This document shows positions 1-13,723 of a stretch of 64,000 nt of DNA, piece after piece. The notes beneath the pieces were generated by a model. It did no database searches and was not told the DNA's origin. It worked only from the letters and a program-made list of their open reading frames with translations. Origin of the DNA: Camelus dromedarius (lineage: Eukaryota); the NCBI RefSeq assembly GCF_036321535.1, contig NC_087437.1:85996001-86060000 (forward strand), given 5' to 3'. Numbering within the stretch: the stretch's first letter is position 1; each line of letters opens with the position of its first letter. The translations under genes were made by a program, and so were the position numbers.

Positions 1-228
1 TGAGATTGTTCCTATCATTATGTTGGTTTAGAGGAAAAGAAGACAGACTTACAGATAAGCCCAATGTCCCAGTTAGAAAACTTGAAAGTGACAGAGTCAA
101 AATCTAAACCCAAAGAACTTGACTCCATAGACAGTGACTACCACTACTCTAATGAGTATACTGCAGTGGTTTGGATCCTCAATGACTCTTGTGCTGTTTC
201 ACATTTTCCCCTTAGTTCTAGGGTTCTT

Positions 229-1093
229 TTTTTAATTTAAAAAAAAAATTAATTTTATTTATTTATTTTATTGAAGTATCATCAGTTACAATGTGTCCAT
301 TTCTGGTGTGCAGCACAATGTCCCAGCCATGCATATACACACATATATTCATTTTCATAGTTTTCATTAAAGTTTATTACAAGATATTGAACATAGTTCC
401 CTGTGCTATACAGAAGAAAAATTTTAAATCTATTTTTATATATAGTGGCTAACATTTGTAACTCTCAAACTCCCAAAATTATCCCTTCCCACCCCCTTTC
501 CCCAGTAACCATAAGATTGTTTACTATGTCTGCAAGTCTGTTTCTGTTTCATACATGAGTTCATAGTGTCTTTTTTTTTTTTTTTTTTTAGATTCGACAT
601 ATGAGTGATATCATATGGTATTTTTCTTTCTCTTTCTGGCTTCCATCACTTAGAATGACGATCTCTAGGTCCATCCATGTTCATGCAAATGGCATTATTT
701 TATTCTTTTTTAATGACTTAGTAGTATTTCATTGTATAAATATATTATAGCTCCTTTATCCAGTCATCTGTTGTTGCACATTTAGGTGGCTTCCATGTCT
801 TGCCTATTTTATATAGTCCTACTATGAACATTGGGCTGCATGTATCTTTTCGAATTAGAATTCCCTCTGGATATATCCAGAAGTGAGATTGCTGGATTAT
901 ATGGTAAGTCTATTTTTAGTGTCTGAGGAATCTCAAATACTGTTTTCCATAATGGCTGCACCAAACTGCATTCCCACTAGCAGTGTAGGAGGGTTCCCTT
1001 TTCTCCAAACCCTTTCCAGCATTTACTGTTTGTGGACTTTTGAATGATGGCCATTCTGACTGGTGTGAGGTGATACCTCATTATAGTTTTGAT
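229..1093 (-). mobile_element. L1 (LINE-1) 3' fragment: end of ORF2 plus 3'UTR and poly(A), 5'-truncated
   Basis: Starts with a T-rich tail, then the reverse complement of the same 3'UTR/ORF2-end sequence seen at 18440-19260. Flanked by ggttctt (222-228) and gtttctt (1094-1100), a probable TSD at a TT/AAGAAAC L1 endonuclease site. Confidence 0.93.
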
Positions 1094-1328
1094 GTTTCTT
1101 AACTGTTAGTGGTTTTTGCCCCTCAGAAGATATTTGGCAATGTTTAGAGACATTTTTGATTGTCACAATGTTGGGTCTGGCGGGGGGTTGAGGGAGGGAG
1201 GTGTTACTGACAACTAGTGGGTCGAGGCCAGGAATGCTCCTAAATATCATAGAACGTGCAAGCCAGCTCCCAAAAGGAAAGAATTATCCAACCCCAAATG
1301 TCAATAGTGACAATGTTAAGAAACCCCA
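1094..1328 (+). mobile_element. MER20 (hAT-Charlie MITE); its first few bases appear to lie at ~219-228, on the other side of the L1
   Basis: Matches recalled MER20 consensus: tttgcccc...atttggcaatgtttagagacatttttgattgtcacaa...aaagaattatccaaccccaaatgtcaatagtg...aagaaaccc. Confidence 0.85.
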
Positions 1329-1619
1329 CTTTCACTGAATGGAATTTTTTTTGGTTCTTCATTGTATATTGTATCAGGCAGTGAAATGCATCATTCAATA
1401 CGTAAGTTGCTGGCTCATGAGAAGTCATTTCTGGATTTGATTGAGATGACATCCATTGCCCAGAGAATCTAGATTTAAAGCTGAATTAAGTGGCTTTGAT
1501 GGTCACTCATGAGGGAAAGGGTAAGAAAGTTTGTAATTATACATGAAATAATTGGATATAACACAGAAGTCTTTTAAAAGTTATATATGTGGAAAAAAAG
1601 ATATGGGTGCTGTGCATTC

Positions 1620-2144
1620 AGAGTGGACCCTTGTGGATGGTTGTTATTTTTGCTACCTATAAACATTCCCCTCCCCTTACTGAGTAGACTTTTGTGTTTC
1701 CAACTGAACTGCCAAGTACAGTGGCCTGTTATTTTAGCCAAAGAATGGAACACATCACCCCCACATAGCTGTACCTCATCCTCCTGGCCCAGAGATTATT
1801 CCAGGGATGGTTCCATGGCTCTCTTAGTCCAACAGGAGTCTCTCCTTAGTATTTTTCTAAATGGATATTTTGGAGAAAATTCCCCTCTCCTGTCTGATCT
1901 TTGATCTGGAGAAATCTTTTAATATAGAAGAATTTAAAAGACTGGAGCCTACATCCACAGAAAGGTAGAAACAAAATTCTAAGAGAAAGAAGCCTGGCAA
2001 CATTGAATCTCCAGGTCCAATGTCTGAGATCTGTAGAACAGCCCTTCCTTCTTTGATGAATTACATCATTTTCCTTCTAGTCAATCTTTTTTTTCTTAAG
2101 TTAGATTTCTTTCCATTATTGTCCAAAGAATTGTGATGAATACA
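1620..2144 (+). mobile_element. Very old ERVL-type LTR relic (LTR16/LTR33-like)
   Basis: 3' end resembles the LTR16/33 terminus (ttttcttaagttagatttct...ccaaagaattgtgatgaataca). Highly diverged and boundaries are approximate. Confidence 0.35.
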
Positions 2145-3930
2145 ACATCCCATGGGTATGGCTTTTCACAAAACACTAACTGAACAATTTTGAAGATTGT
2201 TTTTTTCAAATCTTTTTTTCTTAGCTTTGATCATCGTCACGCAGAATTAGCAAAGCATTTTAAAAGAAGCCAAGACTATATTCATACATTCTGGATACTG
2301 CCTATGCCACATCCCCTACAAATTCCAGTCTTCTAGAAATTCTGAACTGCATTCAGTCACCTTCTATTACTGTAACTGAAAGCATAGGAAAAAGTTCAAA
2401 GAAATAAAAACATCATGTCATTGACCAACTACCACTTCCTAGGGGGACCTATGCACAGAAAAAATAATAATAATTTTAAATTAATTTAATTTAATGTAGC
2501 ATGACCTCTAAAACAACATGCTCATATGTTTTAATTTAATCTCTTGAAAAACTACCAAACTTCAGTGAAAGAAGAAGCAGTAGAAACTCTTCTCTGGTCT
2601 CAAAAAATTATATTTCCACACAGTATTCCACCTAGTATTTCTGTTTCAAAAACTGTAATTCAGACAGCCTTGCAGGAAGACCATAAAGCTCAGTGGTTAA
2701 TCAATAGGTGGTATCGAGGGGAGGATTATACTAACTACAAATGAAAGGATTCATGCATGTCAGGAAACTATGAGATTTCATGTTCAGCTAACATCAACTC
2801 CCTATTGAAACAGAAGAAAACCATCTCACATGTATTGCGTGTCAAATGTCAATCTGCAATTTTTTAAAATTCACTTGGAAATGGCTTCAAAGAACCTAGA
2901 TATTCCTACATATTCCTTTGTCTGTGTGTGCAAAAGAAAGAGACAAAAGGGAATATTTTTATAAGTGAATGATTTCAGAAGGATTCTGCAAAATATGAAC
3001 ACTTTAGATCTTGATGGAGAGTTGTATAAGAAATGGGAAATAAGAAACTGTGACTAGCAGAGTTAATGGAAGAGAAAAAGAAACAGGAAAAAGCAAAAAG
3101 AGAAACAGAATCAATTAAATATATATGTTAAAGAAAGATAGACTTCTTTTTATCCCATACGTAACTGTGCCTGCTGCTCTTATGACACATTGTGTGACAA
3201 AATACATATGCTGCTATAAAAATATCAATCCTGTATGTAAACCAAGCAATATTAGATTAGAAATAATCTGACAACTTGAACTAGTCTAAGAACAATAACC
3301 ATTAGTCTACAACGTTTATAGATAAAATAATAATTCAATAAAACATCCAGAATGAAATTGTAAAATAATACCAGATATGCATCCTTGCCATTTCTTCAAA
3401 ACGTATCCAAAAATTACTTGAAGTAATGTCATCTTTGTAACTCATCCTTAAATACTAATTTTAATATCCTTGGTATAACACTGATGAGCATCTTTATCGA
3501 ATATGGCTTTTGAGTTTAATGTAATGTGGATTAGTAAAACTATATCTATTTTATTCTTTCATTTTAAACCAATAATATATGTTTTGTAAATAATAATGGA
3601 ACTAAGTGGCCCTATTAATCTGTTAAAATACACAGCTTAAATCCCTGCAGCCAGGGTTTGTTTTTTGTTTTGTTTTTTTAAATAAAAGAGATTACAGTGA
3701 GAGTTAATAAACACTGTAACAAAGACACTGTGTAATGCTTTATAATTTCACTGGGTCAGTTAGATAAAAGTGAGTATTTATTAGATTATGTAATATGTAG
3801 ATAAGCTGCTAGGAATATAAAATTCATTGCTATCCAGTTTTTCTGCTTTGAATCAATTTCATTCAATGAAGTTCAAGCTATAAGATGAGTTCTGTTGACA
3901 CTGATTTTAGTTAAGTGTGTTTTCTGGTTT

Positions 3931-3932
3931 GT

Positions 3933-3964
<32 letters not shown>
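3931..3964. repeat. (GTT)n microsatellite
   Basis: About 10 consecutive GTT units read directly. Confidence 0.95.
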
Positions 3965-4242
3965 GGGGAGATATTGTGAAGAAATTTAACTAAAGCAAAA
4001 TCTGTAAGCCATTCTCAGGAGAATTTATATTGGCATACTCAAATCTGAAAGCTTTGAACATATTGTAGACACACTGAACCATTTAAAATTCCTCATATTC
4101 CCACTCTGCTAGATTAGGGCAGATTTCATAGTTCTAAAGTTAGTCTTCAAGGTAAAAGATGTGTAGATAATTAAAGTGGTTACTAGACAACAGCTCCCTA
4201 AAGTATATGGTTCACATTTCTTATACTGAGTTTTCTTCCACA

Positions 4243-4580
4243 TTATGAACTGAATTGTGCTCTCCACCAAATTTTTATGTTAAATCCTTAATCCCCAATG
4301 TGACTGTTTTTGGAGAGAGGCCATTAAGGAGATTTAAAGTTAAATGAGGTCATAAAATAAAGCCTTGATCCAATAGGACTCATGTCTTTATAAGAAGAGA
4401 GACACCAGACATCTCTCTCCTTCAAGAAGGCCACTATCTGCAAACCAAGAAGAGAGGCTTCACTAGAAACTGACCCTAATAGCACTTTGATCTTGGACTT
4501 CTAGCCTCCAGAATGGCCGGAAAATAAATTTCCATTGTTTGAACTACCCAGTCTGTGGTTCAAACTGAACAGACAAATAC
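4243..4580 (+). mobile_element. MLT1A-type MaLR solo LTR
   Basis: Diagnostic blocks tatgaactgaattgtg...ccccaatgtgactgt...ttaaatgaggtcata...ttgatcttggacttctagcctccagaa...aaataaatttcc...cccagtctgtgg. Confidence 0.85.
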
Positions 4581-4730
4581 TCTCCACATCTTTCGTTTCT
4601 GGCTTATTTAGTCATCACTTACATATATGTTGGCACTTATTATCTTTACGTATGTATGTTTGTTCATTCAATAAGTATTTATTGTCTACTGTATGCTAGA
4701 AATTGTCTCAGTTCCAATGTCTTTGTTCTC

Positions 4731-4774
4731 TGTATTAGCCAGGATTCTCCAGAGAAACAGAACCAATAGGAGAT

Positions 4775-4842
<68 letters not shown>

Positions 4843-5316
4843 TAGATTAGATAGATAGAGATATATTTAACTATATATATATATAATGGGAATTGGCTCG
4901 TGCAATTATGGACACTGAGAAGTCCCACAATCTTCCATCTGGAACCAGAAAAGTGGTGGTGTAATTTAGCCAAGGCCAAAGGCTTGAGAACCAGAGGGCC
5001 ACTAGTGTAAGTCCAGGGTTCAAAGGCTGGAGAACCAAAAACTACAATGTCCAAGTGCAGAAAAAGATAGACATCCCAGCTCAAGCAAAAAGAGAGACCA
5101 TGCACCCTTCCTTCACCTTTTTTTCCATCCAGGTCCTAAAAGAATTGGATGATGCCCACCCACATTGGTGAAGACAGATCTCTTTACTGGGTCCACTGAA
5201 TCAAATACTAATCTTTTCCTGAAACACCTTCACAGTCACACCCAGAAATACTGTTTTACCAGCTATCTGAGCATCCCTTAGCCCAGTCAAGTTGACACAT
5301 AAAATTAATGATCACA
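4731..5316 (-). mobile_element. MLT2 (ERVL) solo LTR
   Basis: Begins tgtattagccaggattctccagagaaacagaacc and ends cccagtcaagttgacacataaaattaatgatcaca, the reverse complement of the MLT2 start. Flanks ttctc / ttttc fit a 5-bp TSD with one mismatch. Confidence 0.9.
4785..4860. repeat. Compound (GATA)n(GACA)n microsatellite inside the MLT2 LTR
   Basis: Read directly. Confidence 0.95.
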
Positions 5317-5618
5317 TTTTCCAAAGGATTCTGAAATCAGAAGCTCTTTTTTCTAGACCAGAGGTGCTGGAACTAGCCCATTGTTTCCACTATTCTCCCT
5401 TCTTTATAAGCTCCAAATCAGACAGCTGAGCAACAGCCATACTGTAGTCAAAGCAGGTCAAAATGTTACTCTCCTGCACTGATAGTCCTTCATTAATAAG
5501 GAGAAGAAAAAGAAATAACATTTATGCAAAGACTATACTAAATGTTATGCAGTCTTTATTTTACTTAGCAAACATATACAGGAGAAATCTTCAGAAATTG
5601 TTTAAGATTACTCTACAG

Positions 5619-5790
5619 ATAGACAAACAAGTTTCTACTGTATAGCAGAGGCAACTATATTCAATATCTTGTAGTAATCTATAATAAAAAAGAATATGAA
5701 AAGGAATATATGTATATGGATGACTGAAACATGCTGTACACTAGAAATTGACACAACATTGTAAACTGACTCTACTTCAATTAAAAAAAA
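5619..5790 (+). mobile_element. Short L1 3'UTR fragment with poly(A) and 15-bp TSD
   Basis: Same 3'UTR as 19085-19260. TSD aagattactctacag (5604-5618) and aagattactttatag (5791-5805), 13/15 identical. Confidence 0.92.
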
Positions 5791-7197
5791 AAGATTACTT
5801 TATAGCATTAGAATTCAAAATGCCAGCATTTTCTAAGGGTTTTTTTTTTTCCTTTTTCAGTTTTATTAGGTAGAATTATTACAGTTTGACTAGACATATA
5901 CATTATTTTTAAGTTTTAAAGTTAGAACTTTGGCTTCAAAAGTTAGACTTGTTCTTTCTCAACAGTAATGATTTCTACCTCCATAACATCTCTACAAAGC
6001 CTGTCATGTATTTTAAAATTCCATTTTGCCTGAGCTGCAACTTGACTTTTCCAATGCCTCATGTAAAATTGAAATACTAATGCAACCCAGTGGTCCAAGC
6101 TGGCTAAAATGGAGATGTATAGCTAAGTGTAACAGTGGCTCAAGGCAACCATACACAGCATCAAAATGCACATACCATTTACAAAATGAAAGCAGTCAGA
6201 GCTTTTTAATATTCTTCTTGAATTTTAACTTCCATGGGATCTGCCACTTTCTCTTCAATTAGTAGATGATATATAGCATAGTGGTAACCTTGAAATCTGT
6301 TCATTTTGGTTTTCTATGTTTAGTTTTATAAGCATTTTGGAATGTTCTGTCCTATGGGCATATAAGCATGATTTAAAAATATGTAGTAAATATATTCAAG
6401 TACACATAGTAACTTGAACAGGTTATACGTGGAACAAATCCTCAGCTCATAAGACAGTACTTATAGCAAGAAACAAAAACAGCAATTCGTTAGCACATTC
6501 TCAGTATATCTCTGTCAACAAGTTTAATTTGGACTCCTAAAATACTCTTCCCTGGGCAAAAATGCCAAGTAATATTTTACGTTTTGTCAAATTTCTGGAA
6601 CTCTTTCAAAATTTCATAAGTTCTGAATTCTACTAAGTGATATTTTCCTTCCTCCTAATTTGTTTGGGTTGCAAAGGAAATGACATTTTCCAACATATTT
6701 CTGACTTAAACTTATAGTTTTTGCTATGCAAACATAATTTATCATCTTGGAAAAACAGCATTTCTGACTCCAAACAGCTCTAATGGAGGTAGAAGCTGTT
6801 CATGAAGCCCTCAGGGATGACATGCTTGGTCAAGGGCAAACTAAAAACAAATCTGAGTGAGGAGACTAGAAGTCACATGACACAGCAGGTACTTAAATAA
6901 CTGAACTCCATTTAAAACTTCTCTCTTCTTTTTTAGTTGATCTACAAAAGAACTGAGCTAGTAGATTGCAATGCACCTGTTTTTATAAGTTTGTGTGTGC
7001 GTGTGTATATTTTTAATTTCCCAAGGATAGCTTGCTCTCTTAATGAGCTAAGAATGGGATAAGTAAAAAACCGTAAGATACAGAAGAAGAAAGAAGAGAA
7101 AAAAACAACAATGTAATTTTTGAAAGCTTTAAACATATAGTAATTTTCCAAAAGTGCTTATTTGTAGACCAATCATGTCTTTGTTTTAAATAGTAAT

Positions 7198-7557
7198 TGT
7201 ATTAGTCAGCTCTGACTAACATAATGTGGTATCATAAACTGGGTGGCTTAAACTCAGAAATACATTTCTCATAGTTCTGGAGGTTGTCTGAGATAAAGTT
7301 AGGTGAAGTCAGTTTCTGGTGAAGATGCTTCCTAGTTTGCAGATGGCCACCTCCTTACTGTGCCCTCACAAGAAGACAGAGAGAGAAAGCTCACTGGTGT
7401 CTCTTCATATGAGGACACTAATCCTATTGAATTAGGGCTTCACCTTTGTGACCTCATTAACTTTAATTACCTCCAGAAAGGCCCCATCTCCAAATACAGT
7501 CACATTGGGAATTGGGGCTTCAACATGTGAATTTGGGGAGAGGTGGGAAATACAATT
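7198..7557 (-). mobile_element. MLT1A0-type MaLR solo LTR
   Basis: tgtattagtcagctc...aactgggtggcttaaac...ttgcagatggccacct...gaggacactaatcctatt...ccccatctccaaatacagtcacattggg...ttcaacatgtgaatttgggg. Confidence 0.88.
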
Positions 7558-10377
7558 ATTATTAGTTGATAAGAGTAATGTTCTATCCACCAGAGCCAAA
7601 TGGTCTCTGCACAGTGAGTTCCATATGACTTAACTGGCAGCTGAAAAGTTGTCACATGGACAATACTTTAACCTGAATATACTCTGGCACTTTCCCTGTA
7701 AGTCAAAAGGAAGCACAGAGTACTTAGGATTATGGGAACTTTCCCACCCAGCTTTGTGGAGATGGTAAAACTATTCAGCACAGTCTCAAGAAAATCCTTT
7801 TATATAAAAACCTATAAACTCATGATGAATGTTGAACATTCCAGTATATTAATTTTTTTAGGTCATTCGTGTTTCAGACTAGGTTATCTTAGATATAAGT
7901 TCAACAAAAAAATACCCACAAAAGAAGGAAATCAAATAAATATTTTCTGAGCCCCTATTACATGAAACCATTACTAGCCATTACAAAAGGGCTCTCCCAC
8001 AAGATCTATATGGTTATTTCCAACAATAAACACCATACATCCAAAGCTTTGTATAATGATCACATTGTGGCACGTGAGGTTTTTCTACTGTGCACTTTAT
8101 TACTAATATAAAATAAAAGGGATGTTGCTGCAAGGAAAGAAATGGATTCAGCAGCACTATATGCGACATTCAAAAGAAGTGTAAGTTCTCCTTTTAACAA
8201 TTTGCTTAAAATGTCAATAATTTCATCTTCTCTGTTTTTCCTTTCCCACGGTGAAAAGCACAAAGACTTTTCTACTGTAGAATGTTCCCCAAAGCCGGCT
8301 TCACGAGAAGCAAACATGGTTATACTTTGTCTGGGTTGCAGAGAAGATTCTCTAGAGAACACCTGTTTCTTGAGTTCTCGTTCTACCATGAGTTAATAAT
8401 ATGAACTTGGGTTAGCCATTCTGCAGTTCTCTTATATACAAAAATCAGGGCTTTGAATGAGAAAATACCACAAATTGCTTTCAGCTGTGGAAAGCTACAA
8501 TCTAGTTTTTGAAATCTATGTTTGGCCTGTGTAAGATGCAGTGACAGTAGCTTGTAGAATTTCCTACCCTACATTATGACCCAAAACTTTATAACAATAT
8601 ATCAGAAGTTTAATACATGCTTTAAACTGTTTAATTGTTTCTTTAAAGAGAGAAAATAGAAAGACTGTATGGTAAGAGTTGAAATTATTTCCTTCTCAGG
8701 CTGTATGTGAATAAGAGTTAACTTATTCAGTATCCCAGGTTCTCAATGTGCTGACATATCTCAAAGGAGAGCCTGGACATTTTAATTGCCTCTGTTCCAC
8801 AAAGTCTGCTCAGCTTGTATTGTCAGAAAGTGTGACAGTGGTTTTACCCAAATGTTTGTGAGGCCCCAGGGTTTCCCTACAAACACACACAAATGGGAAC
8901 TTAAGCTCTAAGACTAGGTTTATGCCAAAGATCACGTTTTCTCCCTTGTATGTACCCAGCTCTAAGTATGAGCTTTTGTAAATGTGTATTTGTCCCTTTT
9001 TGAAAAACCCTAAAAACTGGGAACTTGGTAATGTATTAGCATTGTATTCCACAAAACAAAATGTTTTCCCCTTAAGTCTCCAGATTTCCCTTCACCACGT
9101 ATTTCAGCCTTATTATTCTCAATATTTGCTTTTCACTTTCTGAATGTTTCCTCTGGTAAGATGTGGCATTTTGTCCTTGAGAAGTGAGTGCAAGTTACTA
9201 TATTTTCCTTCTTAGCCATCTCATGAGACAGGCAGTGAAATGCCAAGAATAATGTAAACTATACAGGAAAATACCATGACGTACTACACCTAGAAATATC
9301 TCAGCTTAATAGGTGTTGTGCCATTAACGGTGAATTTTATGGAGGTAAGGAGATGTAAATCTGTCATGTAGACAAAGATTTACAATAATACCCACTTCAG
9401 TGGATGATTTTCATCAGAGTTAGGACCATCAGGCAACTTGCATGTTTTCTCGAGTCTCTTAAGTTATGAAGGCCTCCTCGTATTAATCCAAGGTTGGTAT
9501 CTTGACCTTCCTGGAGCTGATGCTGATGATGTGGTTGGCCGTTCTTCCTTCCCATTATCACTGATGTGATCTCAGTCGGTGGGGTGGAGTTTTAGTTAAG
9601 TAAAATTGATTGAAAACACTGGCTGGGAAGATTTAATTTGATAATAATTCTCTATGAACAATGTTTTTTTTTAATTGTTGCTAGAATGTTAATATTATTT
9701 TTTATAACTCATTCCTAGATATAGACTTCATTTTCAAAAGATACACACAGTATATTAATGTGAAGTCACTGGAAGGCAAACACTCTTATTCAGTAAGCTA
9801 CTTACAGATTTGGGGGATATCACTGCATTAAGAAAATAACAACAGCTAAAAACAAGTGTACTAGTCTTATTTTTAATGAAGTAAAAGTTATTTTAACAGG
9901 AAAAGTACATATAGCCTTTCTTAGTTCTCTTGATTACCTGGTGGCTGCCTGACAGCCAGTATAAAGAATAGAGAATTTTCAAAGATTTTTGTAATGTGAT
10001 TTAAAATATTTAAGATCTTATTTAATTTTTAATTAATTAATTATTGGGTTTTGTTAAACCTAATTATAAGTTCTTCACAGGTAACAAATGACACTTTGTT
10101 ACTGAAGAAGACGTAGTTTTGGCATATGTAGTTAGCATCTTAGACCTCAGTTTTCACCTACTCAATCCAACCCATAGAGGAAAACATGTTATTCACACTT
10201 ACATCTAGGTTTTAGGCAGTAACGTTTCTAGGCATTAGGGGATTTGACCATGAGCATTTTGGTCCTGGTGTCTGCTATACATCATTTTGTCTGAGGAGAG
10301 TTAGGATGAACAGTAATGAGAAGGTATGCTATGACAAATTCTACTTATTACATCACTCATCTTGAGTATTTAGATTT

Positions 10378-10843
10378 ATGCCATTTGCAGCCACATGGAT
10401 GGACCTGGAGATTGTCATTCTAAGCGAAGCCACAAACAGAAAGAAAAATACCATATGATATCACTAATATGTGGCATCTAAAAAAAAAAAAAAAAGACAA
10501 ATGAACTAATTTACAAAACATAAACAGACTCACAGACATAGAAAACAAACTAATGGTTACCAGAGGGAAAGAGGGTGGGAAGAGATAAATTGGTAATTTG
10601 AGATTCACAGACACTAACTAATATATATAAAATAGATAAACAACAAGTTTATACTGTATTCCACAGGGAACTATATTCAATATCTTATAGTACCTTATGG
10701 TGAAAAAGAATATGAAAATGAATATATGTGTGTTCATGTATGACTGAACCATTATGCTATACACCAGCAACGGACACAACACTGTAAACTGACTATACTT
10801 CAAGAAATAGATATTTTTTAAAAAAACAGAAAAATTAAAAAAT
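10378..10843 (+). mobile_element. L1 3' fragment (ORF2 C-terminus plus 3'UTR)
   Basis: atgccatttgcagccacatggatggacctggag (MPFAATWMDLE) followed by a 3'UTR homologous to 18930-19260 and an A-rich tail. Confidence 0.92.
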
Positions 10844-10844
10844 A

Positions 10845-10980
10845 TTATTCTAAATTTGTATATGAGGAAACAGATTTAGTGACGTTAGGTCAACTTGTAG
10901 AAGGACACACAACTAATAGCAGGCAGGGCCAAAATTTCAATAGAAATCCTTATTCGAAGCCTGAGATTGTAACTGCTGCC
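10845..10980 (-). mobile_element. MIR SINE relic
   Basis: atgaggaaacagatttagtgacgttaggtcaacttgtagaaggacacacaactaatag resembles the MIR core in reverse orientation. Confidence 0.6.
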
Positions 10981-11309
10981 TGATTCTGCCAGACATTTGC
11001 TTTATTATGAAACTATACTCATAGCAATTAAATAAAAACCATGAAGAAATAAAAAAAAAAACCAATTTACTCTTCCTATGTTCTGTATAGTTTCCACTTT
11101 AAGCACTAATTATTTAAATTTCTATATACCCAATGAAGAAAAAGAATATTCATAACATGTATGTATAAATTTCCCTTCATATTTAAGTAGAAAGAAAAGC
11201 AGTATACATAGGACAGATGTGTTCTGGATCTATTGTCCCAGGAGAAGCAACAAGAGAGAAGGATTTCATGTTTAAACGAGAGCACAAAATGCAGCTTGTT
11301 ATACCTTAT

Positions 11310-11466
11310 TTAAAAATTCACAATACTATTTTGCATTTTAAAGGTTCTGAAAAATTATGCTATAAAGAAACCTGTTTCACTAAATCTAACCCAGGATGTT
11401 GCCAATTCATTTAACCACAAAATTCTTTTTTCAAATTTACTATGAATACATTTTGAAATGCTGCCC
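11310..11466. mobile_element. hAT-Charlie relic (MER103C-like)
   Basis: aaaggttctgaaaaattatgctataaagaaacctgtttcactaaatctaacccagg...atttaaccaca...ttttgaaatgctg resembles recalled MER103 sequence. Confidence 0.55.
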
Positions 11467-12189
11467 TAATTAATGTCATTTAAAATCTTTTTATAGGTAT
11501 GGGCCCCAAGAGACTGCTTAATAGAGAAAATACTTGTAGATAGTTTAAACATATAATACAAAATCTTAAATATTTTATTAAACCTATTGATTCAGTTGAA
11601 AGATTTCTCTTCTGACTTAGGATGCTCATATAAACCCTTACTTCATTTCTGTATAATCCAAAAACCCAGTGTTAAAAATGGAAAAAGGAACCACATCGTA
11701 TAAACCTTTCCTTGATAATGTTCTTTCAAACCATCAACTTACCTAAAGCAGGAAATAACACCACATAACTAGCAAGGCAACCAGAATATTTTGCTTATTG
11801 CCAATAATGCCACTTTTAAGTGGAAAACCTCTAATTACTACTTATATTTCTCCATCCCAATGTACCCACAAGATGCCATTTATGTATTAAAGAACCAATA
11901 TAGTTTTCTATGCAGCAACATTTAGAAACTATAATTATTGTACTGAAATTTAGTTTTGAATTCGACTTTCACCAAAAAGCTCACTCAAACTTTAAATAAA
12001 CAAATAATTAGTAGAAGCCTTAAAGCCTGATTCTAAGGAGTCCAGGGACTGTCTCCAGAAGACCTGTGCACCATCTGTGATTCCATGCAAGTGCACATAT
12101 ATATATGACATATGAACATTTTTTATTGTGAGGGAGTTTATCATTTTAATAGTGTTGAAGTTTTAAGAGGCCTAATAAATTACTCTGAT

Positions 12190-12862
12190 ATTTCATATTT
12201 AAGTTCAGAAGCAACCAACAGACAGACACAGGAATTAGGTAGACGGACACTCCCAACTTTTTACTAATAAGTTGTCCGGAGAATACGGAAATTAAGAGCT
12301 GCATGGCGATCAAAGGACTAGGCTTTGAAACTGTGCAAAATGGAGGTCCTGAACTTGAGTCCATTTAGTGAAGGAATGGCCGGAAAAAGTCCATCTAGCA
12401 ATAAAGGGAAAATATGGTAATTTACCTATATTTGCCAGGGCCCTGGATGGAAAAGATTAATGATGATGATGATAATAACAATAAAAATACTAATAATAAA
12501 ATGTCCCCTGGATATATGCCAGCATAAATCTACCCTTACCCTGGGGTTCATCAGCACCATAGTTGGGAAAAACCTCAAACTAAAAATTTTAAATCTTCTC
12601 ACATTCTTTACATACACTGGTACCCAGCAGAATCTAATGCAAATCCTCTTTGGAAATCTATCTTCAATCTGAGCCACAAATTCCTACAAATTAAGTATAG
12701 TTCACAATTAAAACTTACCAAATAAACAAAGAAAGAAGCTGTCATGAGTAAAAGTCAGTTGGAAAAAAAAACAGTTTTAGGCTTCACAGTGACTTCAGAA
12801 GATGTAAATATAAGATACAGAATTTAAAATACCTACTGATGAACTCTTTAAAGAAAATTAAT
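12190..12862 (+). mobile_element. HAL1 / ancient L1 5'-ORF1-region relic
   Basis: ggtacccagcagaatctaatgcaaatcctctttgga...cttcaatctgagcc...gtcatgagtaaaagtcag...cttcaga...gatacagaatttaaaata resembles recalled HAL1 sequence. Confidence 0.6.
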
Positions 12863-13033
12863 TCCCTCTTTGATTTCTCAGTTCCACTATGTCCAATTCT
12901 TTTGCCCAATAAAATTTATCACAGAATATGTGATGAGATCCAAGGAATGGCAAACTATAGCCCCTAGGCCAAATCTGGCTGTGCCCATTCATTTATATAT
13001 TGTCTATATGACTGCATATGACAGATTTGAATA

Positions 13034-13723
13034 GAGATCTTCCTTGACTAATAATGGGGTTATGTCCCAATAAACCCATTGTACCATGAAAATATCATAA
13101 ATTAAAAATGCATTTAAACAAGGACCTACTTACAGCATAGGGAACTATATTCAGTTTCTTGTAATCAACAGTAATGGAAAAGAAACCAAAAAAAAAATAT
13201 ATATATATATGTATAACTGAATCACCTGTACATCTGAAACTAACATTGTAAATCAACTACACTTCAATAACAAATTAGAAATAAGAAAATACAAAATAAA
13301 AAAATGCATTTAATACCCCTAATCTACTGAACATTACAGCTTAGCCTAGCCTACCTTAAACAGACTCAGAACACTTACATTAGCCTATAGTTGGGTAAAA
13401 TCATCTATCACAAAGCCCATTTTGTAATACAGTGTTGAATATTTCATGTAATTTATTGAATACAGCACTGAAAGTTAAAAAACATAATGGTTGTGTGGAT
13501 ATAGAATGTTTGTAAGTGTATCAGTTGTTTACTCTTGTGATCACATGACTGACTGGGAGCTGCGGCTTGATGTCACCACCTAGCATCATGAGACAGGATC
13601 TAATGTCATATCCTTAGCCCTGAAAAAGACAGAATTCAAAATTCAAAGTACAGGTTCTAGTGAGTGCTTATTGCTTTCACACCATTGAAAGTTGAAAAAT
13701 AGTAAGTTGAAACATCCTAAGTG
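13034..13723 (+). mobile_element. MER47/Tigger5-type TcMar-Tigger MITE, itself interrupted by an L1 fragment
   Basis: ccttgactaataatggggttatgtcccaataaacccattgta...agcttagcctagcctaccttaaac...gactgggagctgcggc...aaattcaaagtacagg. TA dinucleotides at 13032-13033 and 13724-13725. Confidence 0.85.
13118..13299 (+). mobile_element. Short L1 3'UTR fragment with perfect 14-bp TSD
   Basis: acaaggacctacttacagcatagggaactatattc...aaatcaactacacttcaataa. TSD aaaaatgcatttaa at 13104-13117 and 13300-13313. Confidence 0.93.

Noticed and set aside
4686..5105. 139-aa minus-strand ORF with YLSI repeats
   Set aside because: Read-through of the MLT2 LTR and its GATA microsatellite.
8060..8396. Overlapping ORFs and a possible donor site (gtaagt ~8181) as a coding exon
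   Set aside because: No convincing acceptor and no recognisable peptide in any frame.
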